DNA from: an uncultured Deinococcaceae bacterium
Lineage (GTDB): Bacteria; Deinococcota; Deinococci; Deinococcales; Deinococcaceae
Direction: 5' to 3'
DNA length: 64,000 bases
NCBI GenBank assembly: GCA_964252075.1
Contig: CAXULY010000010.1
Coordinates: 1-64,000, forward strand
In this document: piece by piece, positions 48,359-57,457 of the stretch
Layout of the letters: each line of letters begins with the position of its first letter
Position numbering within the stretch: position 1 is the stretch's first letter
Notes under the pieces: generated by a model
Seen by the model: only the letters and a program-made list of their open reading frames with translations
Told to the model about the DNA's origin: nothing
Database searches by the model: none
Made by a program: the position numbers and the translations under genes

Positions 48359-49697
48359 CGGTGAGGCCGAGCGCGGCGCCCTGCTCCGGCATGGGGAGGG
48401 CGAGGGCGGAAGTCAGGCGCGCGCGGAGCGCCCTCAGGTCCGCGGCGGGCGGGGCGGGCGCCTTGCTGGTGAGGGCGAGCGCGGCGTCCCGCTGGCGTTG
48501 CAGGTCCTTCAACCGCGCGGCGAACACGTCGGGGGGGTACGCGCCCGCGAGGTACGCCTGCTCCAGCCGCTCCTCCCGCTGCGCCCAGTCCGCCTGAATG
48601 CGGGCCGTGTCGGGCGGTGGGGGCGTGGGGAGGCGCGCGGCGCGCGTGAGGGCCGCGTCATCCACGAGGAGGGCGCGCAGGGCGTCCTGCACGGGCGCGT
48701 GGATGAGCTCCGTGCGGTACGCTCGGGTGTTCGGGCAGTCCGCGCCGCGCCGCTCGTGCAGGGGCGTGAGCTGGCGGTTGCACAGGTAGTACGTGCGCTG
48801 CCCTCGCCGCACGCCGCTCATGGCCCGGCCGCACGCGCAACGGATGCGGCCGGTGAGGGGGAACACCTCGCGCCGCTCCGGGTTCGCGCGACTCCGCCCC
48901 TCCCGGGCGTCCAGCGCGCGCTGCGCGGCGTGCCAGAGCTCCGCACTCACGAGGGGCGGCACGGGGCACGAGGCGAGCACCCCACCGCCCAGGCGCCCAT
49001 ACTGGTACTCCCCGCGGTACGTGGGGTTGCGCAGGAGCTCGCGGAGTTTGTTGCTGATCCACGGGCGGCCCGTGCGGGTCTTCACGCCGAGCGCGTCGAG
49101 TTCCCGCGCGAGGGCGTGCGTGCCCACGTCCAGGGCGCGGGCGTAGATGTGCTGCACCCACGCGCGCTCCGTCTCGTCCACCTCGCCCTTGCGCCACCCG
49201 TACAGGTCCAGCGGCTTGAGGGGCTGCCCGTCCCGACCGCGCAGGGGGTTCCCGGCGACCTTCGCCACCTTCGCGTGCTGCAGGCGCTTCACGAGGCGCT
49301 GACGGTCATGCTGCGCGAACACGAGGTGCAGGCCCGTGGTGAGGCCCGTCAGTTCCCCGTCCGCGTCCATCTCGCCCTGCGTGGTGCTGTGCACCTTCAG
49401 CCCGGCGTCTCGGAGGCTGGCGAGCAGGCCGTACCCGGCGCGCACCTCGCGCGCGAGCCGGTCCGCGGCGTACACGATCACGTCCGTGTACCGCGCGGCG
49501 TCGGCCATCAGGCGCCCGAACTCCGGGCGGACCTCCCGCACGCCACTGATGACATCCGCGTACACCTGCGTGACGATCAGGTCATGCGCGTGCGCGTAGG
49601 CGCGGCAGGCGGTCTCCTGTGCCTGAAGGCCATAACTGCCTTCGGACGCCTGTTCTTGTGTGGAGACACGCACATAAATGGCGGCGATGCGGGTCAT
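48303..49697 (-). CDS. Large serine recombinase (integrase)
   Basis: YVRVSTQEQ and DRLAR motifs; recombinase domain; zinc ribbon CACG...C...C. Confidence 0.93.
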   Translation of the reverse strand: MTRIAAIYVRVSTQEQASEGSYGLQAQETACRAYAHAHDLIVTQVYADVISGVREVRPEFGRLMADAARYTDVIVYAADRLAREVRAGYGLLASLRDAGLKVHSTTQGEMDADGELTGLTTGLHLVFAQHDRQRLVKRLQHAKVAKVAGNPLRGRDGQPLKPLDLYGWRKGEVDETERAWVQHIYARALDVGTHALARELDALGVKTRTGRPWISNKLRELLRNPTYRGEYQYGRLGGGVLASCPVPPLVSAELWHAAQRALDAREGRSRANPERREVFPLTGRIRCACGRAMSGVRRGQRTYYLCNRQLTPLHERRGADCPNTRAYRTELIHAPVQDALRALLVDDAALTRAARLPTPPPPDTARIQADWAQREERLEQAYLAGAYPPDVFAARLKDLQRQRDAALALTSKAPAPPAADLRALRARLTSALALPMPEQGAALGLTVTVNDVGELSVRLDPPPT

Positions 49698-49713
49698 GGA
49701 TGACACAGAATAA

Positions 49714-49738
49714 ACCCCCGGTTACGCCAACCGGGGGT
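49714..49738. terminator. Hairpin between the accessory genes and the integrase
   Basis: ACCCCCGGTT-ACGCC-AACCGGGGGT. Confidence 0.65.
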
Positions 49739-49763
49739 ACTTTGGGCGCCCAAAGTACGGCAT

Positions 49764-50339
49764 TTACTGCAGCCTGTGATGACCATTCATATGAGGAGCG
49801 TCCACTGTTGCGATTGTCACTGCAAGGCGACGGATATAGGGAGACAGCTTGAATGCACCGTATATAACGGAGGCGAAAACAATCAGGGCAAGAGCCAGGC
49901 CAAGGTATCCTGCCGATCGCATCAGGAGCCCAAGGACGATGCTTCCCATGATGTTGACTACGACATAGACAGCGCTCGACAGCCAAAACAGGATCGTAGG
50001 AAACAGGTCTTGAACTGCCGCCTCAACCTTAGGGTCTGGTTTTGCTTGCCGGTCTTTCCTGCTGTCCCGGATGACGCGGTTTATAAAGTCCTGGTCACAG
50101 ATAAATCGGCTTGCCATGAAACGGTGGTAGCAGTAGGCCGATAGGCCCAGCAGCAACAACATGGCAATTTGTGAAGGCAGCGCATACGCCTTTAGGGCAT
50201 CTGCTCCAGCTAGCAGAGCAAACACAAATGCGTTCAGGATGACCGCAGCTGCCGTTATGAGGGCCGCGAAAATCCGAAGCTTGAATGCGCGCTTGTGAGG
50301 TCGCCTGACCTTACCGTTTCTTGGCGCGAGACTGAGCAT
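49764..50339 (-). CDS. Hypothetical membrane protein (low GC)
   Basis: About four TM segments; atypical base composition. Confidence 0.55.
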   Translation of the reverse strand: MLSLAPRNGKVRRPHKRAFKLRIFAALITAAAVILNAFVFALLAGADALKAYALPSQIAMLLLLGLSAYCYHRFMASRFICDQDFINRVIRDSRKDRQAKPDPKVEAAVQDLFPTILFWLSSAVYVVVNIMGSIVLGLLMRSAGYLGLALALIVFASVIYGAFKLSPYIRRLAVTIATVDAPHMNGHHRLQ

Positions 50340-50673
50340 GCTTGGTGAACCTTTCGAAGTCGTCCTGAATGGAACTGAGGACCGAAAGCAGGTGCCGGAG
50401 GAGCCCTTTGACCATGTAGGCAAGGACGATGATCCCACCTACAACATATGACGCTATGTCTAACAACTGGATGACAAAAGTGTAGACCGGGTTGGGCTCA
50501 AGGTGAAGGTAGCTGTCAAGGAGGCCCAGAAGAAACGAGACGACCCGAACTGGAGCGACAAACAGGAGGAGCTGCAGCGCAGCCGACCAAGCGTCAGCCC
50601 AGAAAACTTTTACGTCTTGACCGGCTTCTTGAGACGGGTCTTTGGATGACTCTCCTCTACGCTTAGGGCTCAT
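50311..50673 (-). CDS. Hypothetical membrane protein (low GC)
   Basis: Two TM segments; atypical base composition. Confidence 0.55.
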   Translation of the reverse strand: MSPKRRGESSKDPSQEAGQDVKVFWADAWSAALQLLLFVAPVRVVSFLLGLLDSYLHLEPNPVYTFVIQLLDIASYVVGGIIVLAYMVKGLLRHLLSVLSSIQDDFERFTKHAQSRAKKR

Positions 50674-50799
50674 CCTAACGTTCCGCTTCCGGAGTGTCAC
50701 CCGCTTGCAACACGATTCCTATAGGCTTTCATTTCTGTACAGCTTTGTCATTAGGGCCATCGTCCCTCTCCCCCGTCAAATCTGACGCGCCCGCGTCAC

Positions 50800-51195
50800 T
50801 CAGTTTCCACCGAGCACCATGTAGTCTTCGCCGAGCGCGTGGAAGGTCTGGACCATCAACAGGTGCCCATTGTCCTTGATGTAGTAGAGGGCGATCACGG
50901 GCACCTCGCCGTCACTCAGCTTCTCCTGCTTCAGGTAGGTGTAACCCGCGCGAACGAGTGTGGCGGCCAGGGCCGTGGGGCTGGCGTACCGTGCGTCAAA
51001 GTGCCACATCTCAGCCCAGTGGAACGGTTCGCCGGGGTAGTTGGCGGAGTCAGCCCAGGTCTTCCAGAAGATGCCGCACTCGCGGGTGAAGCCGCTGGGT
51101 TTGGCGGTGGTGCCGTGCAGGAAGCGGCTGGGGGTGGGTGAGCAGGCGAGCGCGGGCGTGGCGAGCAGGAGCGCCAAGGCAATGAATTTCACCAT
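50800..51195 (-). CDS. Hypothetical secreted protein
   Basis: MVKFIALALLLATPALAC signal peptide. Confidence 0.6.
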   Translation of the reverse strand: MVKFIALALLLATPALACSPTPSRFLHGTTAKPSGFTRECGIFWKTWADSANYPGEPFHWAEMWHFDARYASPTALAATLVRAGYTYLKQEKLSDGEVPVIALYYIKDNGHLLMVQTFHALGEDYMVLGGN

Positions 51196-51244
51196 GGTTT
51201 CACCTTGCCACCTCGTTGCTTGACCGTCACGCAACTTTGCGGCC

Positions 51245-52042
51245 TCAAATGGTGCGGCCCCTCGGCTGGATGAAGTACACCCGGCCCACGACATCTGCCT
51301 CATCGGGCTTGATGGGTGCGAAGTCGGGGTTATCGCTGGTGAGGATGGGCTGTCCGAACAGGAAGCGCACGCGCTTCACGACCATGCCGTTTCCGTGCAC
51401 GTACACTACGAACACTTTGCCGTCGCGCAGGTCTTTGTCATGCACGTCCACATAGATGCGGTCGCCGGGCTTGAGGTCGTTGACGTCGCCGCCATCCATG
51501 CTGTGTCCGTCCACTTCGAGGACGACCATGCCGTCGCGGTGTTGATCTAGGGGCACGAGTTCCGTACCAAGGCTGCTGACCTCGTTGGGTTGGAATGGGA
51601 GTCCGGCTTGGGCGATGGCGCGGACGGGCATGCGGACGAACGACAGCCCGCCGTGCACCTCATCGCCCTGATGCTGACGGAGCTGGGCGCCGTTGGACAG
51701 CGCTCGGCTGATCTGTGACTCCTGCCAAGGCGTCGCCAGACCCGTTTCCCGCGTCCACACGTCAATGGGGATGTGGAGGGCCTGTCGCAACGCCTCGCGT
51801 GTGTCTGGGCTGACTTTGGCGAGGCTCCGTACGCCGTACTCAATCTTCGACAGGTAATCGGGCGTGATGGTGGCGCGCGGGTCCAGCTTGTAAATCTCGG
51901 AGATCACGTCGGGACGCTTCAAGCCCAGCCGCGTGCGGTACTCACGCAGCCATGTCCCGAGTTCCACAGCTCGGGCGTCCTTCTCGGGCGCCTTAGACAT
52001 GGACCAAACCGGGACTGGGGGCAGAAGAGCAGCGAGTGTCAT
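51245..52042 (-). CDS. CI-like repressor (XRE HTH + S24 peptidase)
   Basis: YLSKIEYG HTH; AQAG cleavage site; VDGHSM and VVKR catalytic motifs. Confidence 0.9.
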   Translation of the reverse strand: MTLAALLPPVPVWSMSKAPEKDARAVELGTWLREYRTRLGLKRPDVISEIYKLDPRATITPDYLSKIEYGVRSLAKVSPDTREALRQALHIPIDVWTRETGLATPWQESQISRALSNGAQLRQHQGDEVHGGLSFVRMPVRAIAQAGLPFQPNEVSSLGTELVPLDQHRDGMVVLEVDGHSMDGGDVNDLKPGDRIYVDVHDKDLRDGKVFVVYVHGNGMVVKRVRFLFGQPILTSDNPDFAPIKPDEADVVGRVYFIQPRGRTI

Positions 52043-52135
52043 AGTGCCTCATTAGTAACACCCTACAAAAGTTATGTCAATCAGATGTCCAAACCGCGAC
52101 TGAGGCGGCATTGAGGCTAACTAGGTGTTCAATAC

Positions 52136-52165
52136 TTGACCCAGAGTTAGGACTAGCGCTAAAAT
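52136..52165 (+). promoter_or_regulatory. Rightward (cro) promoter, leaderless
   Basis: TTGACC-18-TAAAAT-6-ATG. Confidence 0.65.
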
Positions 52166-52171
52166 CGGTCC

Positions 52172-52387
52172 ATGCCAATGAAACCAGCGACGGCGGCCCG
52201 CATGGAAATGCAGCGCCGGAACATGTCTGCGCGGGACGTGGGCCAGCGGCTTGGCATATCCGCTGACACCGTGAATGGCTTCATTTACGAGCGTCGCCGC
52301 ACCCATCGGTTCGTCGTGGAGCGCATTTGCCGCGAGTTAGGGCTAGACCCGGACTCGGGCACAAAGACGCAGCAAGCGGCGAGTTGA
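52172..52387 (+). CDS. Cro-like HTH protein
   Basis: SARDVGQRLGISADTV HTH; divergent from CI. Confidence 0.8.
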   Translation: MPMKPATAARMEMQRRNMSARDVGQRLGISADTVNGFIYERRRTHRFVVERICRELGLDPDSGTKTQQAAS

Positions 52388-52437
52388 GGACCAAAAAACC
52401 GCCCCGGCTAGCGGGCCGGGGCAAAGGGGTACTACCG

Positions 52438-53085
52438 ATGAACACCGACATTGTAGCAGTTCAGCACCACGGAGAGGCGCGCGTGAACACGCGGGACCTC
52501 GCCGCGCGCATGGGGAACAAGCACGCGAACGTGCTGGCCCTCGTGCGCGACTACCAGGACGATTTTGCAGGGTTCGGACAGGTCACGTTTGAAACGGAGA
52601 CTGTCCGGAACAGCGTTGGGGCCGCGAATCAGACGACCTTCGTCCTCCTGAACGAGAACCAGTGCTACTTCCTGCTAACCCTCGTTCGCAACAGCGAACA
52701 GACCGTCCCCATGAAGGCGGAACTCGTGCGCGCGTTCGACACCGCCCGCGCCACCCTCGCCCCCATCCCCGCGCCCTCCCCCCTCGCGCTCAGCCGCGCG
52801 ATGCTGGAGGCCCTCGAACAGCAGGATGCCCGCGTGACCGCGCTGGAGCACCGGATGGACAGCGCGCCCATTCAGGGCGAGCGCATCGGCACGCTCCACA
52901 AGCTCTGCCAGGAACTCGGGCAGGCGATGGGCGATTACCGCCGCGCATACCGCCTCCTCTATGACCGCTTCAACCTCGCCAGCTACCGCGACTGCCCGAA
53001 CAACCGCTATGAGGACGCCGTGCGGTTCGTGCGCGTCCAGATCGCCGCCTACACCGGGACGCCACTGCTGGAAGTGACCGCCTAA
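52438..53085 (+). CDS. Rha-family phage regulator/antirepressor
   Basis: VNTRDLA...HANVL...LNENQCYFLLT...KAELVRAF. Confidence 0.8.
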   Translation: MNTDIVAVQHHGEARVNTRDLAARMGNKHANVLALVRDYQDDFAGFGQVTFETETVRNSVGAANQTTFVLLNENQCYFLLTLVRNSEQTVPMKAELVRAFDTARATLAPIPAPSPLALSRAMLEALEQQDARVTALEHRMDSAPIQGERIGTLHKLCQELGQAMGDYRRAYRLLYDRFNLASYRDCPNNRYEDAVRFVRVQIAAYTGTPLLEVTA

Positions 53086-53219
53086 TGTGCGTCTTCCGCC
53101 GCCGTCACACGCCCGGCTTCATCGCCAGCCGTGACGCCCACATCAAGACGGTCATGCAGCGCGAGCTGATCCAGAGCGCCATCACCAGCGTCGGCAAGCG
53201 CTCATGGATGCGCCGATGA
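53085..53219 (+). CDS. Small phage protein (44 aa)
   Basis: TAATG and ATGA translational coupling on both sides. Confidence 0.5.
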   Translation: MCVFRRRHTPGFIASRDAHIKTVMQRELIQSAITSVGKRSWMRR

Positions 53220-53419
53220 CCCGGCGCACCGCCCCCCTCCCGCGCGTCGTGAGCGTCGAGTGGGTGGACCCCATCAACGGACCCACCCACGCCGCCCGCA
53301 ACCTGCTCGCGCTCGTCCCCGTGATCCCCGCCCAACTGAGCGTCACGAAGGCCGCTGCTCCCTCCCCCACAGCAGCAGCGGCCCCGCTTACGGCTTCCTC
53401 GCGCACGACGCGCGTGTAA
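53216..53419 (+). CDS. Hypothetical phage protein
   Basis: Coupled ATGA start. Confidence 0.5.
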   Translation: MTRRTAPLPRVVSVEWVDPINGPTHAARNLLALVPVIPAQLSVTKAAAPSPTAAAAPLTASSRTTRV

Positions 53420-53423
53420 AGCA

Positions 53424-53453
53424 AACCCGCCGCGTCTGATCACGCGGCGGGTT
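53424..53453. terminator. Hairpin/terminator in the early operon
   Basis: AACCCGCCGCGT / ACGCGGCGGGTT. Confidence 0.65.
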
Positions 53454-53464
53454 CAAGGAGTCTC

Positions 53465-53806
53465 ATGTCCCAAACGAAGTCTACACGCAGTCAGCCCTTG
53501 AACGTGAGTGTCCGGTCCGCCTCCAGTAAGCCTGAAGCGGTTCACGTGATGAACCCAGTCACGCCCAGCATCGCGGACCTCAAGGCAGAACTGTATGCGC
53601 ACGTGACCGGCACCGCGAAAGGCCCCATGAGCGCGGACCTCGTGGTCCTCCTCTACCCCGCGCTCCTCACCGGACAGACGAACCACGCGCTGGACCTCGC
53701 CGCCGCCATCCAGACCGAAGCAGACCGCCACAACCGCACCATCCGCGCGCGGCAGCAGGTGGAGCGCGCCGCCATCGCACAGCGTCAGAAGTGGGGCCTG
53801 AAGTGA
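53465..53806 (+). CDS. Hypothetical phage protein
   Basis: SD AAGGAG; coupled to the next ORF. Confidence 0.6.
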   Translation: MSQTKSTRSQPLNVSVRSASSKPEAVHVMNPVTPSIADLKAELYAHVTGTAKGPMSADLVVLLYPALLTGQTNHALDLAAAIQTEADRHNRTIRARQQVERAAIAQRQKWGLK

Positions 53807-54003
53807 TCCGCTTCCGGATGCCCGAGCGCCGCAAAGATCCCCAGGCCCGCGTGGAGTTCGCAAAGCAGGAGAGCGAACGCGCGTACAGCGCGTGGTGCTT
53901 CAACCCGACCGACGAGAACCGCGCCGCCTGGAAGGTCGCGCAGGGGAAGTACATGGCTGCCCAGCAGGACGCGGAGCCCCTCATGCTCGGCGGTGTCGCG
54001 TGA
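53803..54003 (+). CDS. Hypothetical phage protein
   Basis: GTGA overlaps on both sides. Confidence 0.55.
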   Translation: MIRFRMPERRKDPQARVEFAKQESERAYSAWCFNPTDENRAAWKVAQGKYMAAQQDAEPLMLGGVA

Positions 54004-54101
54004 TTTGGCTCGTGATCGCCCCCGTTCTGATCGTCGCCGCAGTCGTGCTCGCCGCGCCCATGCGTTCCAGTCAGCTCAGCCGGATTGAGGAACAGCAGTG
54101 A
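54000..54101 (+). CDS. Small single-TM phage protein
   Basis: GTGA overlaps; hydrophobic N-terminus. Confidence 0.45.
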   Translation: MIWLVIAPVLIVAAVVLAAPMRSSQLSRIEEQQ

Positions 54102-54295
54102 GCGCCCGCAACGTGCGCACCGCGCTGTTCCTCGCCCTTTGGGTCGCCGTGGTCGCCGCGTTCGTCACGGCCTGCTGGAGCGCCACCACCCACACGCCCT
54201 ACCTCGCGCACCCGCAACCCTGGGTGGCGCTCACCCTCGGCGTCCTGCTCGTCAGCGCGGACGCGTACGCCAAGCACCTCCGGAGGACCAAGTGA
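54098..54295 (+). CDS. Small two-TM phage protein
   Basis: GTGA overlaps; two hydrophobic segments. Confidence 0.55.
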   Translation: MSARNVRTALFLALWVAVVAAFVTACWSATTHTPYLAHPQPWVALTLGVLLVSADAYAKHLRRTK

Positions 54296-55320
54296 CCGCC
54301 CTCGCGCAACGCACCGACGCCGCCATCATGGAGCGCGTCGTCATCGCTGGCGACCTCGCCCAGCTCACCCCCGATGAACGCGTCACCTACTACATGAAGG
54401 TGTGCGAGAGCGTCGGCCTCAACCCGCTCACCAAGCCCTTTGAGTACATCAAACTCAACGGCAAGCTCACGCTCTACGCCCTCAAGACCACCACCGACCA
54501 ACTCCGCCAGATTCACAGCGTCAGCATCACCCGCACCGACAAGGAACTGAGCGAAGGCGTGTATCTCGTCACCGCCCACGCCCGCACGGCGGACGGACGC
54601 GAGGACAGCGACGTGGGCGCCGTGAACATCAAGGGCCTGACCGGCGAGAACCTCGCCAACGCCATGATGAAGGCCCTCACGAAAGCCAAGCGGCGCGTCA
54701 CGCTCAGCATCTGCGGCCTCGGCTGGCTGGATGAATCCGAAGTGGACAGCGTACCCAACGCGCAGGCCGTGCAGGTGGACGTGAACACCGGACGGCTGCC
54801 CGCCGAGCTGCAGGACCGCCGCCGCGACGTGACCGCCGAGGTCGCGCGCGAGGCAGGCGTGACATCCGCCCGTGTCCAACAGGAACCAGCGGACCGCCTG
54901 CGGGCCAACATCAAGCAGCTGTGGGCGGAGGCCAAAAAGAAGGGCCTCGATGCCCAACTGGAGCCGTTCGCCGCGAAATTCCCAAACTGGCGCACGAACG
55001 ACGCGGAAGCGCACGAACTGCGCCTGCAGCTGATCTTCATCATTGAGAACATCCCGGAAGCCGCCGAAGCGACCGAACTCATCACGGACGCGCAGCGCGG
55101 GCAGCTCATGGGTCACATGACGCGCGTCGGCCTCGGCGGCAAAGACGACAGCGACAAACGCGCCCGCTTCTACAACTGGTTCGGCGGCGTCACCGTCCCC
55201 CAAGTCAAGCACACCAACGAACTCACCCTCGAAGAAGCCGAAGCCCTCATCAGCATGCTCAGCACCGTGGACGCCCACGAAGCCGCCACCCTCCTCGCGG
55301 AATTCGAGGCGAACAGATGA
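54292..55320 (+). CDS. RecT/Red-beta-like single-strand annealing protein
   Basis: CESVGLNPL and AMMKALTKAKRRVTL motifs; SD GGAGG; position in the phage early region. Confidence 0.7.
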   Translation: MTALAQRTDAAIMERVVIAGDLAQLTPDERVTYYMKVCESVGLNPLTKPFEYIKLNGKLTLYALKTTTDQLRQIHSVSITRTDKELSEGVYLVTAHARTADGREDSDVGAVNIKGLTGENLANAMMKALTKAKRRVTLSICGLGWLDESEVDSVPNAQAVQVDVNTGRLPAELQDRRRDVTAEVAREAGVTSARVQQEPADRLRANIKQLWAEAKKKGLDAQLEPFAAKFPNWRTNDAEAHELRLQLIFIIENIPEAAEATELITDAQRGQLMGHMTRVGLGGKDDSDKRARFYNWFGGVTVPQVKHTNELTLEEAEALISMLSTVDAHEAATLLAEFEANR

Positions 55321-57122
55321 GCGGCGTGAACCCCGAAGGCATCCCCGCCGAACTCCGCAACGTCCCCCAATGGGGCCTCTGGCGCTACGAGACGGACGCC
55401 AGCGGACGCAAGACGAAAATCCCCTACCAGCCCCGCCAGCCGCGCCGCAAGGCCGCCAGCACCCGCGTGCACGAATGGGCGCCCTTCGACACCGCCCTCG
55501 CCGCGCTGCGCGCCGGTCACGGGGACGGCATCGGCTTCAACTTCACCGGCACGCCCTACGCCGGACTCGACACGGACCACAAGGGGCACGCGGACCTCCC
55601 CGCGGACGTGGCCGCCCTCATCCGCACCAGCGGCAGCTACGCGGAGCGCACGCCCAGCGGGCAGGGCGAGCACATCATCGTGCGCGGCAGCACCCCGAAA
55701 GGCTTCCGCCTCCCGATGGACCACGGCGAGCTGGAGGTGTACTGCGAGGGTCGCTTCTTCACCTTCACCGGTGACGCCCTCACGGACCCTACCATCGCGG
55801 ACGGGCAGGCGCTCCTCGATGCGCTGTACGCCACGTGGCAGGCCCGTCAGGGCGTCCGCGCCCCCAGCGCCCCCCTCGCACCCAGCGCCGCGCCGGAGAC
55901 AGACAGCGACCTGTGGGAACTGATGTTCCGCAGCAAAGCCGGGCCCGCCATCCGCAACCTCTACTACGGCGATCTCGGCGCGCACGCCGACCACAGCCGC
56001 GCGGACCTTGCGATGCTCGGCCACCTGCGCTTCTGGACGAACGGCGACGAAGCCCGCATGGACCGCATGTTCCGCCAGACGCACCTCCTGCGCGCCAAAT
56101 GGGACGAACTGCGCGGACCCCTCACGTACGGGCAGCGCAGCATCCAGACCGCCATGAGCGGCTGGGATGGACGCGGGTACACCACGAAACCCGCCACGCC
56201 CTGTACCACCGCCGCCACCACGGACCTCCTGCAGGAAGCGCAGCGGAACTACAGCACGCACGGCCCGGAACTCCTGGAGCGCAGTGTGAACGTCCTCACG
56301 CGCGCCGTGGGGCACCACGCCACGAAGAGCAGCCACACCCTCATCCTCACCACCCTGCACGGCCTGCTTGACACGAACCTGTGCCTCGTGGACGGCCACC
56401 CCGCCCTGCGCTTCGGGGGCCTCACCGGCCTGATGGAAGCCGCGAACCGCAACGGTCGCCTCTCCGACCTCGGCGCGCAACTCCGCGCCCTCCACCACCA
56501 CGGCCTCATCGGGGAGGTCCGTCACCTCAACCCGAACGACCCGAAGAGCGAAGTGTACATCCGCCTCCCACTGAACCCCTCCGACCTCGGCGGTTGGTCC
56601 TTTCGGGGCACCCTGATTCTCCGCCCCACCACGTGGAAGCCCGTCAAGGCGCCGAAAAACGCTCCATCTACACCATATAAGGACTGTGCAAAGAACAATG
56701 GTGTAGATGAAAGCCCGCTGCGCCTCCGGGCGGCGCACCTCACCGCCTACTGGATGACGCGCGGCGTCACCGATGAGGCGACCCTCGCCGCCCGCACGGG
56801 GCACGCCATCTACACCATTCGCCGTCACCTCGCCGCGCTCGCTGCGCACGGCCTGACGGGTGTGTTCACCCTCCAGCAGTACCGGGAGACGCGCCGCCTC
56901 GCGTTCGAGTGCAGCGCCGACTACCGCGAGATGCGCGTCACGCGCCTCACCCGCAGCGCCGCGCACGCGGAGTTCATGGCGCGCGCCTCCCGCCTCCTGC
57001 GCCGCCCGACCGAACAGCGCACGTGGGAGCGTCGCCGCCGCCTCAGTCTGGAGCGCATCACGCGCATCCAGGACGGCGAGAGCCTCGCGGTGGTGTTCGG
57101 CCTCACGAAGGTGGCGGCGTGA
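55317..57122 (+). CDS. NrS-1-like primase-polymerase with an unrecognised C-terminal region
   Basis: KIPYQP, GIGF...GLDTDH, YAERTPSGQGEH and EVY..GRFFTFTG motifs; helical bundle DHSRAD...FWT...MDRMFR...KWD...TYG. Confidence 0.8.
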   Translation: MSGVNPEGIPAELRNVPQWGLWRYETDASGRKTKIPYQPRQPRRKAASTRVHEWAPFDTALAALRAGHGDGIGFNFTGTPYAGLDTDHKGHADLPADVAALIRTSGSYAERTPSGQGEHIIVRGSTPKGFRLPMDHGELEVYCEGRFFTFTGDALTDPTIADGQALLDALYATWQARQGVRAPSAPLAPSAAPETDSDLWELMFRSKAGPAIRNLYYGDLGAHADHSRADLAMLGHLRFWTNGDEARMDRMFRQTHLLRAKWDELRGPLTYGQRSIQTAMSGWDGRGYTTKPATPCTTAATTDLLQEAQRNYSTHGPELLERSVNVLTRAVGHHATKSSHTLILTTLHGLLDTNLCLVDGHPALRFGGLTGLMEAANRNGRLSDLGAQLRALHHHGLIGEVRHLNPNDPKSEVYIRLPLNPSDLGGWSFRGTLILRPTTWKPVKAPKNAPSTPYKDCAKNNGVDESPLRLRAAHLTAYWMTRGVTDEATLAARTGHAIYTIRRHLAALAAHGLTGVFTLQQYRETRRLAFECSADYREMRVTRLTRSAAHAEFMARASRLLRRPTEQRTWERRRRLSLERITRIQDGESLAVVFGLTKVAA

Positions 57123-57457
57123 TGGGCCGCAGCCTCTACAACGGCGGGTGGCGGGGCAGCAGCGTCACGCTCCTCATCGCGCACGCGCAGGAGGTGCTGC
57201 GGCCCCAGACGGACCTCAACCCGCTCATCGGGTGGGAGGCGCGGCACCTCGCGCAGGTGGTCGTGCAGTACGCGCAGACCGGCGAGGTGGAACTCATCGA
57301 GTCCGCCCGCGCGTTCCGGGACGCCATGCAGGCCGTGTGGAACATCGCGCATAAGCCCGCGCCGGACAAACCCACGAACGGCAGCGCGCGCGACCGCCTG
57401 AAGTACACGCGCAGCGCCCGCGCGAAACGCGCCCAGGAGGCCCAGCATGCTTCGTGA
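57122..57457 (+). CDS. Hypothetical phage protein
   Basis: TGATG coupling. Confidence 0.55.
   Translation: MGRSLYNGGWRGSSVTLLIAHAQEVLRPQTDLNPLIGWEARHLAQVVVQYAQTGEVELIESARAFRDAMQAVWNIAHKPAPDKPTNGSARDRLKYTRSARAKRAQEAQHAS

Noticed and set aside
52072..52088. RDRM in the cI-cro intergenic region (TTATGT-CAATC-AGATGT)
   Set aside because: The right half-site deviates at three positions; better explained as the leftward -35 TTGACA.
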